This document shows, in pieces, positions 32,946-43,994 of a stretch of 64,000 nt of DNA. A program made the translations under genes and the position numbers. This DNA comes from an uncultured virus (IMG/VR IMGVR_UViG_3300025030_000083) (Duplodnaviria; Heunggongvirae; Uroviricota; Caudoviricetes). The notes under the pieces were generated by a model. The model saw only the letters and a list, made by a program, of their open reading frames with translations. It was not told where the DNA came from and searched no databases. How positions within the stretch are numbered: the first letter of the stretch is position 1; every line of letters starts with the position of its first letter. The stretch lies in IMG/VR virus record IMGVR_UViG_3300025030_000083, positions 1 to 64,000 of that record; one strand, written 5' to 3'.

Positions 32946-33815
32946 ATGAGAAAATTAATATGGCCTACTTATGGCGGAGTATACAAGATATTAAATGTAA
33001 TGAATGGTAAAGTTTATGTGGGGTCCGCTGCTAATTTTAAATCTAGATGGAAGTTTCATTTAGGCCAACTTCGTTACGGAAACCATCACTCTATAACTCT
33101 TCAAAGAGCTTATAACAAATATGGTGAAAGGAATTTTATGTTCGTAATTATAGAAGTAATAAAAGATAAAACAAAATTGAAAGAAAGAGAACAAATTTGG
33201 AAAGATTTTTATAAATCATATGATCCGAGATATGGATATGATATATGTCCTAAAGCTGAAAATTGCTTAGGAGTAAAACATACTCCAGAAACATGTGCCA
33301 AAAGATCTGTGGCCACCAAAAGAAATTGGGCAAATCCTGAATGCAGAGAAAGAATTATGACAAATCTAAAAAAAAGTCTATCCGATCCAGAATATAAATC
33401 TAAAATGGCAAAGATAACTAAAAAGATGTGGGAAAATCCAGAACTAAGAAAAAAAATGTTAGATGGCCAAAATAATAGAAAACCTCTAAGTACGGAAACC
33501 AAAAATAAAATCGCCTTTAGAAATAGAGAAATAGCCAAAGATCCTGAATGGAGAGCTAAAGTGTCCGCATCAAACAAAGGAAAAGTTAGGAGTGAAGAAG
33601 CTAGAGCTAATATGTCTATAGCCCAAAAGGGAAGGCCGAGAAAACCCCACTCTGCAGAGACTAAAGCAAAAATAGCAAAAGCTGCCCATAAACGATGGGC
33701 AAATCCTAAATTTCAAGAAAAAATGAAAAACATAATGGATAGTAAAGAATACCACGATAAAATATCTAAATCTCAAAAGATAAGATACAATAAACAAAAA
33801 GAAACTAAGCAATGA
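32946..33815 (+). CDS. GIY-YIG homing endonuclease with NUMOD3 repeats
   Basis: GVYKILN...KVYVGS...RW..H, REQ.W.D, H+.ETKAKI repeats. Confidence 0.9.
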   Translation: MRKLIWPTYGGVYKILNVMNGKVYVGSAANFKSRWKFHLGQLRYGNHHSITLQRAYNKYGERNFMFVIIEVIKDKTKLKEREQIWKDFYKSYDPRYGYDICPKAENCLGVKHTPETCAKRSVATKRNWANPECRERIMTNLKKSLSDPEYKSKMAKITKKMWENPELRKKMLDGQNNRKPLSTETKNKIAFRNREIAKDPEWRAKVSASNKGKVRSEEARANMSIAQKGRPRKPHSAETKAKIAKAAHKRWANPKFQEKMKNIMDSKEYHDKISKSQKIRYNKQKETKQ

Positions 33816-35221
33816 ATATAAAAATAATAAATTCTATATTCAGCAAGGTTAATACTTATGAAGACGCTAAAATTTTGGCAGATTTCCTAAAATATAAAGA
33901 AACGTATTGGCGCCAAACTCAATTTAGACGAGTGGAAAAAGAATATTATAAACCATTAGTTAAAAAAGGCGAATTTTTAACCGGGTTTATTCCTAGAGTA
34001 AAAAATTATTGTATATCAAACAACATACCTATTAACATAGAGGAACCACCATTACCACTAATACCATATTTTACTGATGACCAAATAGAAAATATCACTA
34101 TTCCGAGAGGACTTAAATTAAAACCGGATCAAGTCTTTGCTATAAAAAATATTCTTACGAATATACGAGGGGTAATTTTTCACCCTACCGGCTCGGGAAA
34201 AACAATAATTTTTCTATCTTTTATTTCTTTATTTCCTGATTTAAACAGTCTTATTGTAGTAAATACTAAAGACATATTAGAGCAAACATTTGAACGCGCC
34301 TCTGAGTTTTTTCCCAAAGAAGTAGGCAAACTGGGGGGAGGATATAATTCCCCAAATAGAATAACTATAGCGACGATTCAAACATTAAAAGATATTCCAT
34401 CGGATAGTTTATTTTTCAAAGAAATAGATATAGTAGTAATCGACGAAACTCATCACTGCGCTAGATTTTCAAAACCGTTTAGTACGGAGGGTGGTGGATC
34501 CTACGCTAAAGTATTATCATCAATTGATTGCCCATTCAAAATTGGGTTTACTGCCACCCTCCCTCATGAGGGGAAAGGACAACTAGCACTTGAAGGTTAC
34601 ATAGGGCCAGTCATTTCAAAAAAGAAAATTTCAGAGGTGGAAAGATTGGCAAAAATAAAAGTTATTCTAAAAAAGTTGCCCATTACGTTGGCCGCTAGAG
34701 AAGCGAAGTCATATCAGGAAGTATATAAATATTCCGTAACGTTCAATAGCCGACGCCATAAACTAGTTCTACAAACGGCTGATAATTTAGTAAAAGCTGG
34801 CAGAACCGTACTTATCATCGTATCACTTGTACAACATGGAAATAATATTCTTGATATGGCACATAGATTATTTCCTCATCTACGAATTGAATTTGTTTGG
34901 AGTAAGATACCTGGAACCACTCGTACAACAATAAAAAAAGATTTAAATGAAGGATTGGTAGATGTAGTAATTGCAGATGCAGTTTGGAAAGAAGGGGTCG
35001 ATATTCCTACATTAGGGGCAATTATAAACGCTGCCGGAGGAAAATCAGAAATTAATACAATACAATCCCTCGGGAGGGGATTGCGCACCGTTCCTGGAAT
35101 AAAAGATGATGTTATTTTGGTAGATATTCTAGATATTAGTTCACGCTATTTAGTTGAGCATTTTGGACTAAGGTTAGTTTTATATTTTGACGAGGGATGG
35201 ATGGGAAATGAACAATTTTAA
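33812..35221 (+). CDS. SF2 DNA helicase (UvsW-like)
   Basis: PTGSGKT, IATIQTL, DETHH, GFTAT, EGVDIP, IQSLGRGLR. Confidence 0.9.
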   Translation: MNIKIINSIFSKVNTYEDAKILADFLKYKETYWRQTQFRRVEKEYYKPLVKKGEFLTGFIPRVKNYCISNNIPINIEEPPLPLIPYFTDDQIENITIPRGLKLKPDQVFAIKNILTNIRGVIFHPTGSGKTIIFLSFISLFPDLNSLIVVNTKDILEQTFERASEFFPKEVGKLGGGYNSPNRITIATIQTLKDIPSDSLFFKEIDIVVIDETHHCARFSKPFSTEGGGSYAKVLSSIDCPFKIGFTATLPHEGKGQLALEGYIGPVISKKKISEVERLAKIKVILKKLPITLAAREAKSYQEVYKYSVTFNSRRHKLVLQTADNLVKAGRTVLIIVSLVQHGNNILDMAHRLFPHLRIEFVWSKIPGTTRTTIKKDLNEGLVDVVIADAVWKEGVDIPTLGAIINAAGGKSEINTIQSLGRGLRTVPGIKDDVILVDILDISSRYLVEHFGLRLVLYFDEGWMGNEQF

Positions 35222-36638
35222 TAAAACATATATTATTTATAAAACTACAAATTTAATAAATAAGAAGATTTATGTCGGAAAAGATGAGCATAATAATTCC
35301 ATTTAATAGAGATAAACGATGGCAATGAATATACCCATAGAAAAAATATTACCTACCATTATGGTAATACTAGCATTAGGATCTTCTATTGGGTACGCTA
35401 TCAAAGGGATATCAGAATGGAGAATGGCCCTATATTGGCTTGCTGCGGCTACTCTAAATTATGTAGTAACGTGGTGAGGAGGATAAGATGAAATATGGAT
35501 GCTACCACGTTATAACGGAACAAGCTGAAAATGCATTACCATATTGCCAAATATGCGCCCCAGAATATATCAAATCCTTCCGCAACAAACTAGACCGGAG
35601 TAAGTTAGCATCTGAATTTATCTACAAACATACAGTGTCCTACCTTCATCCAGATAAGACAAGATCCCTTCGGTGGGACGAATTAACCGATGACCAAAAG
35701 GAACCTTATTATCAAGATGCCGACGCACTCATTAAATATTTCGAGGGGTAAAATAATGAAAATTAAATTGAAGACTAAAATTGAAAAAGAAATTACAGTA
35801 GACGTAGAATTCCCCATTTATGTAAAACATGATTGTAGCGAGGATGATTATGAATCCATTCACTATATTAAAAGAGAATCTGAAACTATGCATATAGAAC
35901 TTCATAAATCCCATAGTTATATTTCTGGCGGTACATTATACGAATTGGAGATAAGCAAACGTAAAGTGAATGGTACTGCCGATTACTTTTTAGGCACCGG
36001 AGAATTTAAATCCAGCAAAAAAGAATTTGAATCTGTACTAAAGGAATTCAAAGAAAAACTTAATTCAATATCATAATAAGAAAAAGAGTGTTAAAAAGAA
36101 AGGAAAAATAATGGAAAAAGTATTCGTAGCTAGACATCCATTGACCTATATCAAAGACGTAAAGTTTCATACAAATGCAGATTGCCCTTCATTTCGAAGA
36201 GCAGACCCAAGATACAAAACAAGCGTAGATAGAAACGAAGCTGAACAACTATATAGATATTGCAGACTATGTGAAAATCATAGGACAAAACGTGGACATA
36301 AATAAAGTAGGAAACATTGAGGTTGGTTCTATAGTAAAAATAACGCGTGTTGGGGGAAACTTTATTTTTGCTAGAATAGAAAAATTTACCCCGAACATAA
36401 TACCAGATTGGTATAATATGGATTTTACTATAATTTTTTTCTCCCCAGAACAATGTTCTAAAATGTCTTGGGTATTAAGAGCACCACAAATAAATGGAGA
36501 ACAGTTTGAAATGGGGGATAAAAAAATGATTATAGATTTAATACTTCCCCCCATAGGAACTTCTGCCGAAACTCCTACAGAAATAGCAAAAGAAATGCCA
36601 AAAGAGGGAAAAGTGATCCCCTTCAAAAAAAACACACA

Positions 36639-37163
36639 ATGATCTACGTCGATGAATTAAAAGAATATGATTGGGTAGTTTGGGGGAAAGAAACTGCAAA
36701 TTGCCATATGTTCACTGACGGAGATTTAGAAGAACTACATATCTTTGCAAATAAGATAGGAATGAAAAAAGAGTGGATTCATAATAGCAAACACCCTCAT
36801 TATGATCTCACTCCATCTAAGAGAAAATTAGCAGTAGAATATGGAGCCAAAGAAATTACTACTAAGGATTGGATGAAAAGGGAAAGAGCAAAAATAATAT
36901 CAGATGCCATGGCCAAAGTGGCATTTGAAATATTAGACCCTGAATTTTCTAATATTGAGAAAAAAATATTAGCTAAAATAGATGGAATAAATAATATAGG
37001 GGAATTCATAGTAAATGAGCCAGAAGCAGAAATAATGGCTGCTAATCATCTAATAGCTATAAACATAAAAAGAGATGAAAAAGGAAAAATTGTCTCCCTT
37101 ATATGGGGAGGATATAAATTCAAAGTTAGTCAATTTATTCCAACAAGAGACAGTAATGAATGA
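36639..37163 (+). CDS. DUF4031 domain protein
   Basis: IYVD...CHMFTD..LEELH.FA..IG+K..W...HPHYDLT..KR..AV..GA. Confidence 0.8.
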   Translation: MIYVDELKEYDWVVWGKETANCHMFTDGDLEELHIFANKIGMKKEWIHNSKHPHYDLTPSKRKLAVEYGAKEITTKDWMKRERAKIISDAMAKVAFEILDPEFSNIEKKILAKIDGINNIGEFIVNEPEAEIMAANHLIAINIKRDEKGKIVSLIWGGYKFKVSQFIPTRDSNE

Positions 37164-38085
37164 TTTAACCATAGCCCTGTTTGATGTAGTATCCTATCTG
37201 AACGATAAAGGAATATCTTTCAATTCTGAGAGAATGGATCGAGGATGGATTGGTATTTCGTGTCTGTGGTGTTCGGATTCGGGGGAACACTTGGGAGTGA
37301 ATATCAACTCAAATTTTGTCTCCTGTTGGAAGTGCGGGAAAAAAGGGAGTATCGCTAAACTGGTAAAAGCAATAGAGAACCACGTCACTTTTTCTGAAAC
37401 TTTAGAAGTGATTGAGAAGTATCAAGACTTTAACCGGATGGGATTATTCAATCTTCCAGAAGAATCTAATTCTAAGATATCTCATTTAAAAATACCTAAA
37501 AATTTTATAAAATTATCTTGGCCGATTGTTCCTGATATAGTAATAAAATTCTTGGTCAAAAGAGGATTTGATCCAGAAGTGTTCATAAGAAGTAGAGAAT
37601 TTTATTATGGTGGGCACGTAGGTCATTTTAAATTTCGTTTAATTCTCCCAATAACACTTCGAGGACGATTAGTGACTTGGGTGGGTCGAGATGTAACGGG
37701 GAGGTCAGAAATAAAATATAGAAATCTTGAGGAGGAAAAGAGCATTTTACCAGCAAAAAACACACTGTATGGATTTGACGAAGCCCCCCCAGGGAGTAAC
37801 CTTCTGGTTGTAGAGGGGCCTATTGATCAATTGAAGTGTGGTGCCGGCTCCGTAGCCACTTACGGAACGGCGTGGACTGACCGACAAGTTACTCTACTGA
37901 GGGAACTAAATCCCCAGAATGTAACCATACTGTACGATAGTGAAATAGAAGCTCAGAAATCCGCTAACCGCTTGGCAAGGATGATATGGTGGTGCCCCTG
38001 CGAGATAGTTATGCTAAATAATGTGAAAGATCCCGGAGAATTAACGGTGGAGCAGGGGAAAGAGTTGATGGGATCGTTACGATGA
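37156..38085 (+). CDS. DNA primase (Zn finger plus TOPRIM)
   Basis: CLWC...H...CWKCG, WVGR, KY.N, LYG, VVEGPID, LYDSE, KDPGE. Confidence 0.85.
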   Translation: MNDLTIALFDVVSYLNDKGISFNSERMDRGWIGISCLWCSDSGEHLGVNINSNFVSCWKCGKKGSIAKLVKAIENHVTFSETLEVIEKYQDFNRMGLFNLPEESNSKISHLKIPKNFIKLSWPIVPDIVIKFLVKRGFDPEVFIRSREFYYGGHVGHFKFRLILPITLRGRLVTWVGRDVTGRSEIKYRNLEEEKSILPAKNTLYGFDEAPPGSNLLVVEGPIDQLKCGAGSVATYGTAWTDRQVTLLRELNPQNVTILYDSEIEAQKSANRLARMIWWCPCEIVMLNNVKDPGELTVEQGKELMGSLR

Positions 38086-38792
38086 AAACCAAAATAACCA
38101 ACATAGAAAAAGTATTTGCTCTAGCAGATTCCATCGATATTGAAGAAGGAAAAGTTGCCTACGCAAGATATAACAAAATGCTAAAAAGCATAGCCGATTA
38201 CTATGAATTTGGATTCTGTCAAACAGTCGCCACTTTCGTTGCTCTATCCCCAAATAATGATTACCAAGGAAATTTACGATCTCTAGTCAGTATTATGATT
38301 GGGGCCAATAAAAAAATATCCCCAAAAGAAATCACTGTATCTACCTACAATCAATGCAGAAATAGAGCGTATGATTTTTTAGTGGGAAATAAAGATTTCT
38401 TAGCAGAAACGGACGGAGTGAAAACTAGAAATTTTTACTTGAATATTCTATACCCCAAAAATCCTAAATATATAACACTTGACGGACACATGTGTTCTAT
38501 TTATTCTGGTAGACGATATCGAATGAAAGAAGTAGCGGAATTGAAATTAGTGTCTTCCCTGAAAAGATACAATGAAATGGCCGAAGCATTTTTCAAAGTA
38601 GCTAAAAAACATAAATTATTGCCTAATCAATTACAAGTTATTTTATGGTTTACTTGGAAGAGAATAGAGAATATAGTATTTTTCCCGCAGTTAAGTCTGT
38701 GGAATGAGGGAAATCATTGGAATATTACTAAAGATCCTAGTGTAATTCAACCATATAAAACGGGGGGGAATAGAAATGGACAAAAAAACTGA
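38082..38792 (+). CDS. Conserved phage protein (ALSP...GxKTxxF...TxDxH family; possible HhH/glycosylase-like fold)
   Basis: VALSPNN, GVKTRNFYLNI, ITLDGHM, P.QLQ...W..W. Confidence 0.55.
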   Translation: MKTKITNIEKVFALADSIDIEEGKVAYARYNKMLKSIADYYEFGFCQTVATFVALSPNNDYQGNLRSLVSIMIGANKKISPKEITVSTYNQCRNRAYDFLVGNKDFLAETDGVKTRNFYLNILYPKNPKYITLDGHMCSIYSGRRYRMKEVAELKLVSSLKRYNEMAEAFFKVAKKHKLLPNQLQVILWFTWKRIENIVFFPQLSLWNEGNHWNITKDPSVIQPYKTGGNRNGQKN

Positions 38793-39036
38793 TAAAACTA
38801 TTCAAGATTTAGAAGCTAGAATTGCAGAGTTGGAGGGGAAAAATAAAGTAAAAAATATAATAATGGCTGTTCAAGACGAAGGGATTTTGGTCCTAGAAAT
38901 AGACTTAAATAAAGAATTTGGGGAATCCAAATCTGGAAAAAGTATCACGGTCGCCAGCACGGGAGGATTCCTTCGCATTCCAAATCACGAAGAGTTTTCC
39001 ATCAATATAAATGTAGTCCAAAAAAAGTAGTTTTAC

Positions 39037-40608
39037 ATGCTCAGACGGATTCACCATTCCGACAGGGGGGTCGAAAAAAGGATACTTACGGGTATAATCA
39101 TATCCGATAAGATTGCTGCACACCTTCTACCATTTTCCGACCCAAATATTTTCGAGTTGGAAGTCAGCAAAAACATAATTAGATGGGTTATTGAATATTA
39201 TGATAAATATAAAGTAGCTCCAAAGAAGCATATCAAAGATTTATATGAAACAGAAAAAGGGAAACTCAAACAGGGATTAGATGAAGAGGTTGGATTATTC
39301 CTGACTAAACTATCAGAAGAATATTTATCAGAAGGAGGCCCTGACGGAATCAATGAAGATTTTATTATTGATAAAGGGAGGGAATATTTAAAAACCCGTC
39401 ATTTACGGAGGGTTGCTGAGGGGATTAATTCTCTGTTAGATATTGGAAAGAACGAAGAAGCAGAAAAATTCTACGAAAACCATAAAAAGATAGTTGATGC
39501 TATTTCGTATAATTGGTCCAAACCATTAGATGACTCTACTTTTTTAAATTCAGTTTTCGAAGAAAAAGACATTCCGTTATTTAGAATGAAAGGCAAGTTA
39601 GGAGATTTATTAGGTGATTTATATAGAGGATGGTTGGTAGCTGTAATGGGGCCAATGAAACGTGGAAAAAGTTTTTCGTTACAAGATTTTGCATTCGATG
39701 CTATGTTATCTAGAAAAAGAGTAGTTTACATGTCCTTCGAAATGAAAGATAAACACCAAGCCGTCAGAATATATAAACAACTTGGTGTTATGGGGGAAGG
39801 AGAAGAAAATCAAGAATATATTTTCCCTTGCTTCGATTGTTTAAATAATCAAGATAACTCTTGCAATAACGTCCAAAGGATGAATAGAGAAAATCGGCCC
39901 CCTAAATTCGACCCTAAAGCCCCCGGACAATATAAACCCTGTACGGCCTGTAGGTCGATACCCGGAGGGGGCAATTTCTTGGCTACAACGTGGTTCTTCA
40001 CGGCAGATCGGCCTAAATTAACGTTGCCTAATACCCGTAAAGAGATTAAAAAGTTTCAGAAGATGTTTGGAAAAAACTTATTAAGAATCATTAGTTTCCC
40101 CGCTTATTCAGCTACCATGGCTGACGTAGAAGAAAGCCTGGATGAATTAGAAATGGTAGAGGGTTTTATTCCTGACGTCATTATTACAGACTATGCCTCC
40201 ATTATACGACCAGAACAAAAATATAATGATCCTAGACACGAAGTGGATGACGTATTTAAAGCCCATAAAAGATTAGCCCAAACTAGATCAGCCTTAGTAG
40301 TAACCGGGGCGCAATCATTGGGGGTAGGCAGATCGGCGCTTAAAAAAGATATGCAAGATGAGGGGGATATCGGAGTAAATGCTTATATCCTTGCACACGT
40401 TGATATTATGATGACATTAGATCAAACACCCGACGAAAAAGAGAGGGGAGTATGGAGAATGGGGGTTATCGAACATAGATGGAAACATTTCAATAAAAGA
40501 CGACAAGTAATGGCTTTACAACAACTGGAAACAGGAATGCCCGTTTTGGATACAGAAATTATATTTTATGATGGAAATAAAAGTGGGGAGAAAAAGAAAG
40601 ATGAGTAA
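39037..40608 (+). CDS. DnaB-like replicative helicase with a Cys-rich insertion
   Basis: Walker A GPMKRGKS, YMSFEM, Walker B IITDYA, VVTGAQ. Insert with CFDC..C..CTAC. Confidence 0.8.
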   Translation: MLRRIHHSDRGVEKRILTGIIISDKIAAHLLPFSDPNIFELEVSKNIIRWVIEYYDKYKVAPKKHIKDLYETEKGKLKQGLDEEVGLFLTKLSEEYLSEGGPDGINEDFIIDKGREYLKTRHLRRVAEGINSLLDIGKNEEAEKFYENHKKIVDAISYNWSKPLDDSTFLNSVFEEKDIPLFRMKGKLGDLLGDLYRGWLVAVMGPMKRGKSFSLQDFAFDAMLSRKRVVYMSFEMKDKHQAVRIYKQLGVMGEGEENQEYIFPCFDCLNNQDNSCNNVQRMNRENRPPKFDPKAPGQYKPCTACRSIPGGGNFLATTWFFTADRPKLTLPNTRKEIKKFQKMFGKNLLRIISFPAYSATMADVEESLDELEMVEGFIPDVIITDYASIIRPEQKYNDPRHEVDDVFKAHKRLAQTRSALVVTGAQSLGVGRSALKKDMQDEGDIGVNAYILAHVDIMMTLDQTPDEKERGVWRMGVIEHRWKHFNKRRQVMALQQLETGMPVLDTEIIFYDGNKSGEKKKDE

Positions 40609-40969
40609 CTTTAAAAGTATTATCCAAAATTACGTAGTAGATAAAAATAATAAAAATAACATAGGTTTAAATATTTCCGTAGGAAAAAATTTAGGTTGGG
40701 ACACCTCCTTTTTTCTTTCAGAGCTAATAAGTTATCAATTTCTTTTAGAAAACGATCAACGCATTTTACTGGGGGAATCTTTTTTCGTAGGCAGAAAATT
40801 TATAAAAAAAAGAACTGGGTTAAGCCCATATAAACAAAAAATAGCAACCAGAAAACTAATAAACGTGGGAATTTTATCTGTAAAAAGAATAGGGTTTCCC
40901 CCAAAAAATAAATATTCAATAAATTTTGATTATTTAGAAAAATTCTTATTAAAAACAAAAGAACCGTAG
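40601..40969 (+). CDS. Winged-helix replication-initiator-like protein
   Basis: RTGLS...Q..A..KL...G.L...R.G.P.K..Y.INF, typical of phage Rep N-terminal HTH domains. Confidence 0.6.
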   Translation: MSNFKSIIQNYVVDKNNKNNIGLNISVGKNLGWDTSFFLSELISYQFLLENDQRILLGESFFVGRKFIKKRTGLSPYKQKIATRKLINVGILSVKRIGFPPKNKYSINFDYLEKFLLKTKEP

Positions 40970-41044
40970 ATTAAAAAATTTAATCTATAAACAAATAAAA
41001 ATATATAATAAAAATATAAACGATCTCTACTAGGGGGAAAATAA

Positions 41045-42442
41045 ATGAAAATTGGGGAACTTTTCAATCCTAATATAACTTTTGATGGAGTTAAAATCCC
41101 CTATGCCATTTCCAGAAATCCTGATTTATCTTCCTCCGCTAAACTTTGCTACGGCCAACTAGCTAGATATGCGGGGGAAAAAGGATTTTGTTACCCGTCA
41201 CAAAATACTTTATCAAGAGAATTAGGAATATCAGAACGACAAATTAGAAATATTCTTAAAGAACTAGAGAGTGGGGGTTTCATTATATTAATAGCTCCTA
41301 CGGGGATAGAGAGAGTAAAACATTTTCATAATAATTATGTATTTCCTTGGCACCCTTTCTTCGAGGATCAAATCAAAATGAATATATCTTATACCGAGTG
41401 TAAAAAATTAACCTATGGACCGGAAAATGATTTCCGGTCTGGAGCGGAAAGGTTTTCCGGTCCTAGTAAAGAACTAAAAGATCTAAATCTAAAATCTAAA
41501 GAACCAGAGTCTTTAAGTTCGAAAGAACTTCGTTCTTTCTCTCATAAAGACTCCTCGGTTTCACCAGAAGCGGGTGAAACCGGTATGAATGGTTTAAGTC
41601 TAAATTCAACCCTCTCTTTAATCAAAAGAAAAATAAATTCTCCGATTGTTTTTGAAAAACCCCCCCGTCAACAATATAGAAAAGAAACGTTAGATATTAT
41701 TAATTATTGGAATAGTTCCCCCGGATTACCCCATCATCACATTCCTCCAATCAATGGACAAGGATATGGTTTTCCCACAAAAACATTTTTAAATATAGTT
41801 TCTACTATAGAAAAAGTATTGGACGGGGAATTTTTTATAGGAGAGGGTTTAACTGATAATAAGAAGTATTCAAAAGAAGAAATAATTTCAGGGATAGATA
41901 AATATAAATTAATGGCTACTAATTTGGATTATCAACCCATAAATAAATCATTTTTTAAAAACTTGGGATTAGCTACTTTTTTTTATAATCGTTTTGCTTC
42001 ATTGATTAAGAGTCAATTTTTGTATTGTTTGGAAAATGAACCCAAACCAGTCACCTCCGTTGTAAAGAGTGAAAAAGAAAAGAACCCCCAAACCACAATT
42101 TGGTTAAAAGAAATCTATATTGATAAAGTTTTATTGGGAATTCCTAAGAAACTTACTCGACTAGAAGAAAATCAATTTATTAGAGGAGCCAATCGTTTAT
42201 TTGATATTCCAAGACAATTGAATCCTAGATTAAATTTGTTAACGGGGCCTCGTGAATGGGTGGAAATTTTCATAAACGCCTTAATAGATCATTGGAAAAT
42301 GGATAAAATGCAAATAGGCCGTGTTTGTTCTGATCATTCGTTTAGTATTGTTCTGCCCCAATACCTACATAAAAAAGGAAGAATTGAACCAGAAAGTTTT
42401 TCTAGTAAGGGAATACATCCATATCAAAAAGATAGAGGATAA
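41045..42442 (+). CDS. HTH_36-type phage replication protein
   Basis: LSSSAKL.Y..L...AG..G.CYPSQ.TL..ELGISERQ+R..LKELE..G+I. Confidence 0.75.
   Translation: MKIGELFNPNITFDGVKIPYAISRNPDLSSSAKLCYGQLARYAGEKGFCYPSQNTLSRELGISERQIRNILKELESGGFIILIAPTGIERVKHFHNNYVFPWHPFFEDQIKMNISYTECKKLTYGPENDFRSGAERFSGPSKELKDLNLKSKEPESLSSKELRSFSHKDSSVSPEAGETGMNGLSLNSTLSLIKRKINSPIVFEKPPRQQYRKETLDIINYWNSSPGLPHHHIPPINGQGYGFPTKTFLNIVSTIEKVLDGEFFIGEGLTDNKKYSKEEIISGIDKYKLMATNLDYQPINKSFFKNLGLATFFYNRFASLIKSQFLYCLENEPKPVTSVVKSEKEKNPQTTIWLKEIYIDKVLLGIPKKLTRLEENQFIRGANRLFDIPRQLNPRLNLLTGPREWVEIFINALIDHWKMDKMQIGRVCSDHSFSIVLPQYLHKKGRIEPESFSSKGIHPYQKDRG
41417..41463 (+). repeat. Two tandem palindromic iteron-like units inside the replication gene
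   Basis: GGACCGGAAAATGATTTCCGGTCT and GGAGCGGAAAGGTTTTCCGGTCC, followed by an A-rich tract. Confidence 0.5.
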
Positions 42443-42448
42443 ATTATA

Positions 42449-43279
42449 ATGAACGAACCAGAAAATATTTGGGGTAAATTATCTGATATCTCGATAGCAA
42501 GAATTCAGAATTTTGAACCTCCTGATGGGTACTACATCGCATTTTCTGGTGGAAAAGATTCTGTGGTGATATTGGATTTAGTTAAAAGAGCAAAAGTTAA
42601 ATTTGATGCCCATTATAATTTAACTACGGTGGATCCCCCTGAATTGGTTAAGTTTATTCGTGATCAACACCCTGAAGTTCATATATCGTACCCCGAAATA
42701 AGTATGTGGGGCTTAATAGTAAAGAAAAGAATGCCTCCTACCAGAGTAGTACGATATTGTTGTGGATATCTGAAGGAGAGAGGGGGGGGGTCCGACAGAT
42801 TAGTGATGACTGGAATTAGGGCACAAGAATCAAATAAAAGATCCAAAAGAGGAATGGTAGAAATTTGTAGACGAGATCATAGTAAAAGATATCTACATCC
42901 TATTATTGATTGGTCTATTGGCAACGTTTGGAGTTATATAAAATTCAACAATTTATCGTATTGTAAATTATATGATGAAGGATTTAAAAGATTAGGTTGC
43001 ATTATGTGCCCATTACAGACTACTAAGCAAATGATAAGAGATGGGGAAAGATGGCCAAAATATAGAGAAGCGTATATTAGGGCTTTTCAAAGATGTATAG
43101 ATAAAAGAAATATAGACGGATTGAAAGTAACCTCTGGTTTTTCTAAATGGGAAACTGGAGAAGAAATGATGAAATGGTGGCTAAATCAGAAAGAGTCGGA
43201 TAAGAATAAAATAATAAATGATAAGGAAGGGGGATTTTCAATATTCTGTCTTCTGAACGAAGAAGAAAACGATCAATAG
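42449..43279 (+). CDS. PAPS-reductase family (PP-loop, Fe-S) protein
   Basis: AFSGGKDS, RYCC..LKE, TGIRA.ES..R, PI.DW, LYDEGF.RLGC.MCP. Confidence 0.9.
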   Translation: MNEPENIWGKLSDISIARIQNFEPPDGYYIAFSGGKDSVVILDLVKRAKVKFDAHYNLTTVDPPELVKFIRDQHPEVHISYPEISMWGLIVKKRMPPTRVVRYCCGYLKERGGGSDRLVMTGIRAQESNKRSKRGMVEICRRDHSKRYLHPIIDWSIGNVWSYIKFNNLSYCKLYDEGFKRLGCIMCPLQTTKQMIRDGERWPKYREAYIRAFQRCIDKRNIDGLKVTSGFSKWETGEEMMKWWLNQKESDKNKIINDKEGGFSIFCLLNEEENDQ

Positions 43280-43302
43280 TAATTTAATATGATTTCGTGG
43301 GG

Positions 43303-43325
43303 AATCCTGTAGTAATAACTACAGG
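43303..43325 (+). promoter_or_regulatory. Partial promoter motif (AATCCTGTAGTA) embedded in a hairpin
   Basis: CCTGTAGT-AATA-ACTACAGG perfect 8-bp inverted repeat upstream of a GIY-YIG gene. Confidence 0.5.
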
Positions 43326-43356
43326 GGAAAAAGGCCGGGGAAGGTGGTGGTTATGC

Positions 43357-43994
43357 ATGGCATCTGGGGTGTATAGAATCACAAACAGGGAAAATAGAAA
43401 AATATATGTGGGGTCTACTAAAGATTTGTTTGGTAGATGGAACACCCATTTGCGATTACTTCGTAAGGGGATCAACCCTTGTCTTCGCCTTCAAGAAGCC
43501 TATAATGAATTTGGGGAAGAAGCATTTGTTTTTATGATAATAGAAATTGTTAAAGACAAATACAAATTGAAAAAAGAGAACAAATTTGGATAGATTACTA
43601 TAAATCATATCTTCCAGAAAATGGATATAATCTTTGCAGAATAGTTGCATCTTCGTATTGGTTTGATGAATCAAAACAAAGGTTGAGTTTAACCAGAAGA
43701 GGAGAAAATAATAATAGGTGGGGTAAACACCATAGTGAAGAAACTAAAGAAAGAATAAGATTATCCAACTTAGGAAAACGACGCACCGAAGAAAATAATA
43801 GGAATAATAGTTTAGCAAGGAAAGGAAAACCTCTGCCTGAAGAAACTAAAAGAAAAATGAGAGAAAAATGGTTAGATCCTGAGTATAAAAAAATGAGTGT
43901 AGATAAGATAAGAGAAAGATGGGCAGATCCCAATTATAAAAAGATGGTGTTGGATAAAAGAAAACAAAAACAATTACTTGTAGCAAAGGGGTGA
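43357..43994 (+). pseudogene. Frameshifted GIY-YIG/NUMOD3 homing endonuclease
   Basis: GVYRITN...IYVGS. One extra A in the A6 run near 43570 would restore KREQIWIDYYKSY...GYN and join ORF 43683..43994. Confidence 0.75.

Noticed and set aside
42449..43279. Dnd/Ssp phosphorothioation system
   Set aside because: Only a PAPS-reductase-family gene is present; no DndA/B/D/E or Ssp partners in the window.
43565..43580. Programmed -1 frameshift at AAAAAAG
   Set aside because: The heptamer is not in the canonical A_AAA_AAG phase relative to the upstream frame. Decay or a sequencing error is simpler.
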